Part shown: positions 18,676 through 28,900 of the stretch, piece by piece
Numbering within the stretch: position 1 is the first letter of the stretch
How the letters are laid out: every line of letters begins with the position of its first letter
DNA from: Candidatus Heimdallarchaeota archaeon
GTDB taxonomy: Archaea > Asgardarchaeota > Heimdallarchaeia > Heimdallarchaeales > Heimdallarchaeaceae
Direction of reading: 5' to 3'
NCBI GenBank assembly: GCA_021399395.1
Contig: JAAFKJ010000079.1
Coordinates: 1-53,542 of the forward strand
Length of the DNA stretch: 53,542 nt
The notes under the pieces: model-generated
Databases searched by the model: none
What the model saw: only the letters and a program-made list of their open reading frames with translations
Told to the model about the DNA's origin: nothing
Program-made: the position numbers and the translations under genes

Positions 18676-20247
18676 TTAGAAATTGGTTATTGAAATTCTC
18701 ATTCTTGCTTTCTTTCTACTTATGCTTGTTAATCCAATAAAGGATAGAATGAAGATAATTAAAACTGAATGTGTTTCTTCTGTAGGTACATCTGTATTAT
18801 AACAATCATAATCATATACAAAAGGATAAGGATCTGTTCTGTTAGTCCTCCCATCAATCTGATACTCTCCTTCACCACTATAATCACTGTAGTAATTTCC
18901 GGTGTTTGTATTCTCATCGTACCAATCATTAAAACTTTCATCATAAGCTTGTGAATACCCGTCTTCTGTTCCATTCAGATTATTACACAGAAAATAATTA
19001 GAGTAAATTACATTCGAAGTAGAAAGCGAAGTATCTATCTTAAGTCCATATTTTCTGTTTTTTAGAAGAATATTATTTACAATTTCTGTGTATTTTGAAT
19101 CGACAAGTAGAATCCCTTGTCCATTAGATTCAACTGTATTATTCCAAATTTTTGCATGGAATGTTTCCCAAATTCTCATTCCTAATGTATTATTTCTACA
19201 AGTATTGTCTTCAATTATAAGGGGAATAACAGATGTAGATGAATCATAGTATGTATAGATCCCAGCATCTTTGTTTTCTGTACAAGTGTTTTTAAGCACC
19301 GTCATATTTGAACAACCATCTATTCTGATACCTGATTCATTATTTCTATTACTATAATTGTCCAATATCAGTGAATCATCTGTGTCCCTTGAAAAAATCC
19401 CATCTATATTATTTTTTGAACACTCATTATTAATTATCGTAATGTTCTGAGCCATATCAGTTATAATTCCAAAAACACCTCCAGTGCAATAATTATTCTC
19501 TATTCGATTGTGCTCTCCCCAAATCAAACTTATTCCACATAAACCATAATTAACTATGACATTGCGTTCAAATATCGAATAATCTACGTAATACGTTATA
19601 ATTCCTCCACCGGATAAGGTGTTATCTGTGACAATCGCATGATTTGAATAGACTGATTTGATGCTGTTCCCATTATTGTGACAATAGTTTTCTTTAATCT
19701 CAAGATAATCCACATGATCAGTAGCTATTCCATTCCGGTTTCCATAACATTCATTTTTTCTAATAAAGATATTATTAGATCCCCAAACGTAAATCCCCTC
19801 GGAATTGTGATATGCACAAGTATTGTTTTCTATGACAACAGTTCCAGCAATAATATCAGTGATTACTATTCCATCTTCTAGAGCAGATATGAAGCAATTA
19901 GAGATTATGAAACTCTTAGTAGTATTGAATACATATATCCCAACTGCAAAGATTGTTGAGATTTCGTAATTCTCAATCCGATAAGGATTAGTAGGTGTTC
20001 CTTCACCTGGAAACCCTTGTGTTATGAAATCCTCGTCTGATAGGATAATTATACTTGAGTGAGGTGTCAAACCTGATTTTGCTTTAGTTATTCCAAGAAG
20101 AGGTTTATCTTGCAGGTTTTTTATTTGAGATAAAACCCTCATATTATCAGAGTCTGAATCTAGCTGATCTAGCTGATGACTTATTGTAGCACAAAGAAAA
20201 ATTAGGACTGTGGAATAAAAGTAGATTTTTAAGAGTTTATTTGACAT
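18676..20247 (-). CDS. Secreted, membrane-anchored right-handed beta-helix (NosD/PbH1) protein
   Basis: N-terminal hydrophobic segment, repeated N-x-C-x-x-N-x-x-GI units, GNYYSDY motif, and a C-terminal TM helix with basic tail. Confidence 0.88.
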   Translation of the reverse strand: MSNKLLKIYFYSTVLIFLCATISHQLDQLDSDSDNMRVLSQIKNLQDKPLLGITKAKSGLTPHSSIIILSDEDFITQGFPGEGTPTNPYRIENYEISTIFAVGIYVFNTTKSFIISNCFISALEDGIVITDIIAGTVVIENNTCAYHNSEGIYVWGSNNIFIRKNECYGNRNGIATDHVDYLEIKENYCHNNGNSIKSVYSNHAIVTDNTLSGGGIITYYVDYSIFERNVIVNYGLCGISLIWGEHNRIENNYCTGGVFGIITDMAQNITIINNECSKNNIDGIFSRDTDDSLILDNYSNRNNESGIRIDGCSNMTVLKNTCTENKDAGIYTYYDSSTSVIPLIIEDNTCRNNTLGMRIWETFHAKIWNNTVESNGQGILLVDSKYTEIVNNILLKNRKYGLKIDTSLSTSNVIYSNYFLCNNLNGTEDGYSQAYDESFNDWYDENTNTGNYYSDYSGEGEYQIDGRTNRTDPYPFVYDYDCYNTDVPTEETHSVLIIFILSFIGLTSISRKKARMRISITNF

Positions 20248-20330
20248 TTTTCTCCTCTTGTTTGATTAATTTCTTATTTATTAAAACTTCCTCTCTTTTC
20301 CAAAAAAAAAAGAAAGAAATGTGTTTGGCA

Positions 20331-21401
20331 TCAGCCAAACCACTGTGTGTCAAGATTGTCATATAGCTGGCAGACTTGAGTTTGTGTTTTATTCAGATAA
20401 GTACTGAAGTAGGTAGCAGAATATGGACCTACTGAGCTATTTGCATTCGAGAAAGCAATATTTTCGCTATAATCATTTGCTAGATTATCAAAGAAGTAAT
20501 AGGAAAACGCTCCACCATATGAATTGTAAAGGGGAGGGTCATTAGCATCCCAATAAGTATAGTTGTCTCCAAACCACATTACAGCCAAATAGTCATCTGG
20601 GTGTTCATAGTATGTTGTTGCAATTATGAAAATATCTTCACTTGCGCGTGATGGTTTTTTATACTCGAAAACAAAATCTCCACTGTCACAACTCTCGATT
20701 ATTACGATGATATTTTCGGATTCTAGACATTCAATTTTATCGCAAAATTCAGAGCTCAATATAGCATCATCCATATTATCTTCTGTATTTTGACATACCA
20801 TAGAATCACCGCCATTGGCCCAATCAGAGCCCCCGGTTGTATCTCCATGGGCTATCACATATAAGAAAACTAGAGAATCTGAAGTTTCCAAATCATCTAC
20901 GTCATCTATGCTATCCTCCCAAATTTCTTGATCTTCCCTGTATAGTATATCTGAGAACCCTTCATAATCCACTAAATAATCGCCATACTCTTCCATAACA
21001 GTTTCATTAGTTGCATCAGAAGCCCACATAAAGAGCGCTACTCTTCCATCTATCTCAAAATCTTTATTGTGGGTAGAACTTGGAAAGGTTGCCCAAGTAG
21101 ATTGGTCTCTGTAACCCGATTTTTCAATTTTCATAGTATAAAGTTTGAACCTAACAATCGTCCAAGTAAACGAATAATTGCCATTAGAGTCTGTGGTATC
21201 TGTACATTTTACAACTCCATCTTCTAGAAGTTTCACAGCTACACCGCTAATAGCGTCTTCGGATGTCTTTATGGTTACTCTACCTGTGAAATCTACTGAT
21301 CCATAATAGACAGCGGATACAGGCTGAGTTTCACTTAACATAACTGGTAGAACAAGAGATACTACCAGTATACTAACTAATATCATTTTATTTTTATTCA
21401 T
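20331..21401 (-). CDS. Secreted caspase/legumain-fold (clan CD) peptidase with N-terminal beta-sandwich
   Basis: Signal peptide and carboxypeptidase-regulatory-like segment (TTDSNGNYSF). Catalytic dyad motifs VFLYVIAHG and IVIIESCDSG. Confidence 0.75.
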   Translation of the reverse strand: MNKNKMILVSILVVSLVLPVMLSETQPVSAVYYGSVDFTGRVTIKTSEDAISGVAVKLLEDGVVKCTDTTDSNGNYSFTWTIVRFKLYTMKIEKSGYRDQSTWATFPSSTHNKDFEIDGRVALFMWASDATNETVMEEYGDYLVDYEGFSDILYREDQEIWEDSIDDVDDLETSDSLVFLYVIAHGDTTGGSDWANGGDSMVCQNTEDNMDDAILSSEFCDKIECLESENIIVIIESCDSGDFVFEYKKPSRASEDIFIIATTYYEHPDDYLAVMWFGDNYTYWDANDPPLYNSYGGAFSYYFFDNLANDYSENIAFSNANSSVGPYSATYFSTYLNKTQTQVCQLYDNLDTQWFG

Positions 21402-21672
21402 ATTTTTTCACCTTTGGTATAAGGAACTTATTCTATGATTTTTCAGTATAAAAATACAATAATCATTTAGTGACATTTCCTCTATTGTTCTTTCTTTAAC
21501 AACAGACTTTAGTTTTTGGAATATCTTTTTTAATATGTTAAATAGGAATAATACTGATGAGTGGGATGAAAGATTCAACATCTTTGGTATAAGGTAGTTC
21601 TGAAGTTCCACTCATCATTAAAAGCAACCATTTTTGACCCCTTCAAAATAGCTATTCCATCAATGTGTTGCA

Positions 21673-22836
21673 TTAGGATTTCAAAATTAAATTTCTTCTT
21701 CTGAAAACAACCAAAGAAAACAAAACGCTGCAAGCTAAGACAAAACATCTATCTACGGTGGTATAATTCTCTGTATTGTAACCATCTGGAAGAATGACTG
21801 GTTCTTGTAAGGGAAAATAATCTACTGATTCTGCATCCCCATCAATAAAGTATGGTGAGTCATGTTCAGCTTCTGACCAATAATTGCCAGCGTTTTCGTA
21901 TTTATCAAACCAAATATTGTTTTTTCCACTGTCGTATGATTGAGTATATTTTGAATCACCATTATCTATGAAATCATTGAATGATACTTCCCCAGATTCA
22001 CATCCCTTATCTAAGAATAAAGCAAAATCAATATTCTCAAGAAATAAATTATAGTTAAAATGGAAACGAGTAGAATCAGCAACAAATGCTCCTGTAAAAT
22101 GGTTCTTTATCAATTCGTTTTTCGATAGAAATACTTGATCGCTGTTTTCTAAATATATCCCTGAATCAAGATTTCCTTCACAGATGCTTAAGAAACATCC
22201 TGTTATATTGGAAGAAATAATAGATATACCATACATTGAATTATAGGAGCAGTTATTGGCAATAAGATCGCTGTATTCAGAGGCACCAACAGTTATACCT
22301 GAGTAGTTGTTCTCAAAACAAGTATTTTCGTAAATTATTGTGAAGGGAGAAAAAAATGCAGCAATCCCAAATTTCATGTTTCCATAACATGTATTGTTAT
22401 AAACCACTATTTTTTCTGAAAAGAGAATACCTATACCCATACCATTAGTACTCTTACTATTTACACAAAAGTTGTTAGCAACACCAGCTGAATCACTTGC
22501 TACACTTTCAATACAAATACCAGCGTACGAAGCATCTATGTAACAATTCTGAATAATAAAGTGTTTAGAAGTAAAACCTACATAAATACCATAGCTTTCG
22601 TTTGTTGAGATGTTTAGTCCTTCAATTATGTATGGATCATCAAGAATTCCTGTTCCATTGAAATCTACGAAATCCCCGTCAGATGTTATAGAGATGGGGT
22701 CATGTTCAACATATTTGTAATTTAGGGGAGTGTTCAAAGGTTGAAAACTCCTAGTTGAAGAATTTGACATCATGCTAGGTATGACCAGGAGTACAATTAT
22801 GAGTGGAATGGTTGCTTTGAAATTTACTTTTCTCAT
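21673..22836 (-). CDS. Secreted, membrane-anchored right-handed beta-helix (NosD/PbH1) protein, paralogue of 18676-20247
   Basis: Shares the HDPISITSDGDF...GTG...DPYIIEG N-terminal motif, beta-helix repeats, GNYWS and a C-terminal TM followed by RRR. Confidence 0.88.
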   Translation of the reverse strand: MRKVNFKATIPLIIVLLVIPSMMSNSSTRSFQPLNTPLNYKYVEHDPISITSDGDFVDFNGTGILDDPYIIEGLNISTNESYGIYVGFTSKHFIIQNCYIDASYAGICIESVASDSAGVANNFCVNSKSTNGMGIGILFSEKIVVYNNTCYGNMKFGIAAFFSPFTIIYENTCFENNYSGITVGASEYSDLIANNCSYNSMYGISIISSNITGCFLSICEGNLDSGIYLENSDQVFLSKNELIKNHFTGAFVADSTRFHFNYNLFLENIDFALFLDKGCESGEVSFNDFIDNGDSKYTQSYDSGKNNIWFDKYENAGNYWSEAEHDSPYFIDGDAESVDYFPLQEPVILPDGYNTENYTTVDRCFVLACSVLFSLVVFRRRNLILKS

Positions 22837-22950
22837 TTTATTAATTTTAAATCCAAAATTACTTATAAAAACCAAAAAGAAAAAAACTACAAATGTCCAA
22901 GTTTTTCTCTCGTTTTTATATGAAACTAATTATTATAATTTGAATATAAT

Positions 22951-25900
22951 GTGAAAATAAGGATAGCTATACTCTCTCTCATAATTTTGGGTAGCATGTT
23001 TATTGGGGAAAATCAGGTGATTTCTAGGGAAAAGCCTTCAGAAGTCCGAGCTGGAAATGAATCCCCACAGTTTATATTAGATGAAATAAGGTTTGAGTAT
23101 GATTCAATCTCTAAAAGTGAGTGTGTTTATTCAACAACTCTAGATCTTAACTTAACTACTTATAACGCTATTTCATTATATTTCGCCGTAAGTGGTGATC
23201 AAACCAATAGTGAGGGATTAAAAGTAACATTCTATGTTAAAGATATCATAACACAATTTATTGTTGATAGATATTATCAGAATGGTGAAACTCACAATCT
23301 AACGCAAACATTTTCTCTCCCAGAAAATTATAACGGATTTGTAGATGTCACAATTATTTGTGAAGGGCAATCATCATATCTAAATCAAAAAGGAACATTG
23401 ATAATCAGAGAGCAAACTAGCATCAAACCTATTCCCATTCTTACTCTCAACAATAATATAGATAATCTCCCTATAGTTCCAGAGTATCTATGGTTCCAAG
23501 GGAACATTGGTACTTCTAAATCGGAAAGCATTGTTTCAAAATTTATCTGTCTAAATGCATCTTTAAGCTTAAATCTCACTTTAATGTTCAAATCAAAGGA
23601 ATTCAGTTCATCATCCCAAGATTATACCATCAAATTAAATAATGAGATTTTGGTTACAGAGAAATTTGATGATGGAATAGAAATAAAAGATAACCATATT
23701 TTACCAATTCAAGAAGGTTTGAACACTATTGAGATATTTTTCACCATCGTTCAATGTCTTACTTACATTGAAATTTATGATATCGGTTTACAAGCTAATG
23801 CTTTCTCCTATGAGAAGTATCTCGAAGAAGTATGCTTTGATTTTGTTCAGTTAAGCGAAGAGAACAATAATCAGATTATTGTTTTATCAGATTTAAAACC
23901 CTCAGAGAGTAAAATAGAATGTGTGTTACTGATATCTCTTGACTATGATTGTTTAGGAGATATTAGTTGGTCAGAGTTAAATTACGAGATATTTTCTGGA
24001 ACTGATAAAATCAATGATGGCATTATTACTGATTCGGATAGTTACTCTTCTAAAACACTTCGAGTTGAAACATATACTAAGAACTTCAATGAAATACTCT
24101 ACCTTAGACTATTTGGCGAAGTAGAAGGTGAGGGTATGTTTTTACTTCTCCGAACAAGTTATATTTCGACTAATGATATATTTTTACTAGAAGATCGGAT
24201 AATAGATAAAACACTCTCTGAGGATAAGGTTTTTTCAATTGAGCCAAACAAACCCAAGATTCTGGAATTTTACGAGGTTCTGAAAATAACAGATTTGGAA
24301 AACTCAGAAACACAACTTGGGGTAATAATCGATTGTTATTCAACGTATGACAGACACATTGATTACGTAACCATAGTAGTCATATTAGGGGAGGAAAAAA
24401 TCATCGATTCCGTCATAGCTTTCACAAGTAATACAACAAGATGTGATAAAAGAAAGACAATCAATTTCAATAGTAAATATAACGAAATTAGAATCATAAT
24501 CTCAATCTATGGTGACGACGATACGGTAGAATTTAACCAGATTAAATTGTTGGTTATACCTACCAATGTGTTTTCTCAAATCGAGTTACCAACAGCTATT
24601 AATGTTAGTATGGACATTCTTTGGTCTTTGTATGGTTTAATACTGCTCAAACTTGTAGGGGGATACTTCAGTCGAAGGAGGAAAATTGTGAAAATTTCTC
24701 AGGAACCTCAGCTAGAAAATGAACCCACCGAGATAAGAAACACTAAGAAGGAATCCGTAAAACAATTATGTGTTGCAATTACAATTTCCACGATTACATA
24801 CTTGTTGATGTTTTACTTCATGGTACTAGTTGTACACTTCAATAGCTTAATTGCATTTACAATCTCTCTAATCTATGGAGTTTTTGTTGGTTATATCTCT
24901 GATTCTCTTGAATTATATAAAATTAGAATCAAAGATTTAAAAGCAAAATTAGTACAACGAAGATTTAGTGATGCTAATACTTGTGAATCTTCTTCAAGAT
25001 TCATGAATTTCTTCTCTTCTTCTGAATTTCTAATACTTCGAGCTACTATCATACTAACAGTTCTACTATTTTGCTGGCGTTGTATGGATTTTCTTTTTAT
25101 TTTATATACAGAAATATATTCAGCAAACTTCTCTGTTAAGTATTATTGGTTCTTTTATGCGGTTATTGCCCTTAGTGTTGCAATGTTACAGTGGAGTATT
25201 AAGTTGTCTCTAAATTTCACATTTTTGGAAGATAACCTTAAAAGAGTCAGGATTTTTGGTCTTGTATTAATAGGTCTTATATTGTCATTTTGGTTTCCAA
25301 TAATCTTTAGCGTAATCATCCAAACAAAAAATCTCGAAATTCTTCTTACAGTATTTACACCCTTGTTTCTCGGCTTAAATGTTTATTTCAGTAACTTCTT
25401 AGGAAAACGTATAGCTATGGAAAATAATGAATTTTTCAGGAATTTTAGGAAAAGAGGGATTATTTTTACAAAACAAGAAGATGTTAAACAGGCTCTTTCG
25501 TGGAATATAACGACACGTAAGGAGTGGATTAAAAAGAAAAACGAAGAGAAAAGAAAGAAAGATAAAGAAAAATTGCGAAGTAAAATACTGTGTGAAATTG
25601 AGGAAAAGGATCCAGTGTATCTTAGAAGACTATCTGAATTGATTGACGAAACAGCTGAAACAACAGAAATCTACCTTCAAGAAATATTAGAAGAAGATAA
25701 AGAATTGGGAACATACAATAAAGGATCTCAAGTGTTTAGAAAAAACAAAATAGAGAATAATGTTGAATATCTCAATTTAATGCAAGTAAATGAAACTGAG
25801 ATAGACGTTAGAGAGAAAGATGCTGAGCCTACTGTAGAACTATCAACTATTCGAAATGATGATGAAGAAGATTTGGAGAACATTCATTTTATCAAATTCA

Positions 25901-28900
25901 ATAAGCAATCAGGTCTATTTCGGATCAATCAAGAACTAGAAAAAATAATTGCCAAACTAAAAAACGGTGACAAAATTATTCTTGTCCACCGAAATGAAAG
26001 CGGAGAAGAAATGGAAAAAACCATTTCATTTGAATTCTTAGCAGACGGACACTCTTCTGCTCTGGTGTTAGCTAAAGCCCTTATGCAGAGAATACGAGGA
26101 TTGGTGAAACAAGCCAATAAAACAGCAACAGAATATTGGGGAGAACAGAAAATAGATTTTTCTTCACTTGATGAGGAGAAAAAGCGTATTCATCTTAGCA
26201 CCTTAGCTATGAGAATTAATGTAGGTCTTTCCGTGAGTAAAATCTTTACAAAGGAACAATTTGAGCGTGATGCGGTATTGTTCTGGAATGACGATTATGA
26301 ATCATTTGCCAAAGATGCTGAACCCATGGATATTCTTTCAGCCAATTTATCAACAACCCTTAAGGGAGAATTTGCAATCATCATGGTTTTTATTCAGTCA
26401 TTACTTCTAATGCAGAAGGATTCTCTAGAAGCAAATAGAAAGAGGTTTAACAAAATCAAAGAAAACCTTGAAAGAAGAAGAAAGGAACTAGAAGTAGGTT
26501 CTGTGAAGGAGGGTTGTTTATGTTATACTCTGACGGATTATTACAATCCTTTCATCAAACTAATCTATTCTATAGATGAGAATGGCATTGCAAAATTGGT
26601 AGGATGGGAGTTCATACGACCAGAAGAGAGAAGTTATGTCAATTCTTTATGGGGTGAAAAACTACCATATAACCCAGAAAATGAGGGTTCTGTTATTGAA
26701 GCAATCAAAAATGAATGGGAAAATTTGTCTACTAGAAGAAAGGAGAAAGAGTTCAACAATCTTCCAGAAATCACTCAAAAGAAGATTACAAGGTTTGTTG
26801 AGAAAAATTATGGTAAAGGAACAAGCTTACTTGCACTCTATGCTCATCTTAGATACTTCTCAGATGTTTCTACACAGAAATTCAAAGAAAAAATTCAAGC
26901 GATTTTAAAATTCTTTCCTACAGAGATTGCAGATTGGTCTTTGTATATTGTTGATCGTCAAATACAATGGATCAATAGGGGACAGGACATGTTTGGTTCA
27001 ACCGCCTATCTTCTGATGAGAAGTAGGATCAATGAACGAGGTGAAGTCTATTCTTATGCTCTCCCTAACCCTTCTCCTTCTGGTCATAAATGGTTGAGAG
27101 AAGGTTGGGCAGAGATAGAAGCTAAATCTGGCTGGGATAAGAACCCCAAAGCGCTAGACACAAACCTTATCCGTTTCACCAACAACCCCGAGCATGGATC
27201 TAGTATATATCTTTCTGACGATTCATTATTTCAAATAGCGAAAGCAGTCAAGAGGAAAGAATATGATGTTTTGGTTAAACATAAAGGGAAAAAGAAAAAA
27301 ATCTCAGAACTAATAACGGCAAAATCAGGTTATAGACAAATTGCTGGAATGTTAAAAGGTGATTACTTTAACATCATTTTTCGTTCAATAGATAGAGTAG
27401 ACATCAATACCGCCATCAGCACACAAAAACACCTTCTACGCAGATTGTTGGATGCAACAGTTACTTTCCCTCACCTAATTACTAATGACGAATGGTTAGA
27501 AGCGTTAACATCTAAAGAAAATAGCAATCAGTTCTTTGAGCTTGTTCAAGCAGTAATTACCAATAAACCCGAGTGGAAAGGATTAAGACTTCAACCTGTA
27601 GAAGACAATAAAGTCGTTAAAGAGATCTTTTCTGAGTTCTTCAGCTCTCTTCTCTATTACAACATACTCCTCTTCGCTTCAGGTTTGCCTGTCCTTCAAT
27701 TCAACCAAGATCTGCTCAACAAGGGGTTCTATCTACCTCAAACCATTGGTCTTGATGAAGATATGAAACAGATTAAGTTAAACACTAAGGAACCTCCAGT
27801 TTACCGAAATATCAGAGGGAGGTTAACTCAGCTGGTTTATGGTGGAACTAATCTTAGTGTTATGATCACCATTCCTCGAGCTAACAAACCTCTTCTAGTC
27901 GATCTGTCTCATAACACTTTCCAACGACCTATTTACGTCCGAAGGATCATCGAAGATGTTCATCTAGAGGAAAAGATTGTTTATGCTCCAAGAGTTATGG
28001 TCAATGGGAAGGAGAAGGTGATCATTCTTAGTTCTCAGGGATATGTTTTGAAAGAACTTGTCCTCGCAGCAGATAAAAGGGAGACTATGGTTCTAACTTC
28101 CGCTCATGAAACAGTCTATGGTGCGGTAGCTGTTGTAGAAGGGGGGTTGTATGTTAACAGCTATGCCAGACAGATGCTCACTCAACTGTTAATTTACGGA
28201 GGTATGCATATTGATGGAAAGGTGTATGAAGCCGTAATTGAGCTGTTTAACAAAGAAAAAGTGGATAGTCTAACCCTAGAACCTAAACAGACTCCGTTTT
28301 TGTTCTTTTCGCTCATTTCAGCAACAAGAGCAAGAGGAGAAGGGCAGCTAAAGGGGTTAACTAGTCCTGTAAAACACCAAATAAAGAAAGGGAGAAAAGA
28401 GTACAACTACCAGCATAGACCGGTTATTTTAGGAGTGGCTCTGACCAGTATGGAAGAGATGTTGTGTAAGGAGGTAGATTATTCGATAGCTTTTGGAAGT
28501 GGGTTAGAAAAGTATGACCTACTATATTGGAACAGATCAAGAGTAAAAGGAGAAAAAGATGTAAGGTATAATGTAAAGGGGAAGAATGGGTATGTGAACA
28601 AGTTACTGCATACTTTTCAATTGGTGTTCAGAAATGCGTTCAATATAGTTTCAATGGAAGGTAAAGGGGGGGAGAGAATACATCAGCAGTTGTGGGCACG
28701 CGTTCATAACAAAAGAGTAGAGGTTTCTTTCACTAAACCAAATGAAGAAAAGTGGCACAATGCCAATCTTAGTATTCCATTGATTACTACAAACAAATAT
28801 AGTAAGAAAGACTGTTATTATTCTATAAAAACTATAGCACAGCGAATCCCCCACATATTATTGTCTAAGGATATAAGTGAGAGAAGGATAAATGATCTGA

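Noticed and set aside
21408-21611. 67-aa ORF between the protease and the beta-helix gene
   Set aside because: Non-ATG start, AT-rich promoter-like sequence, no recognisable features.
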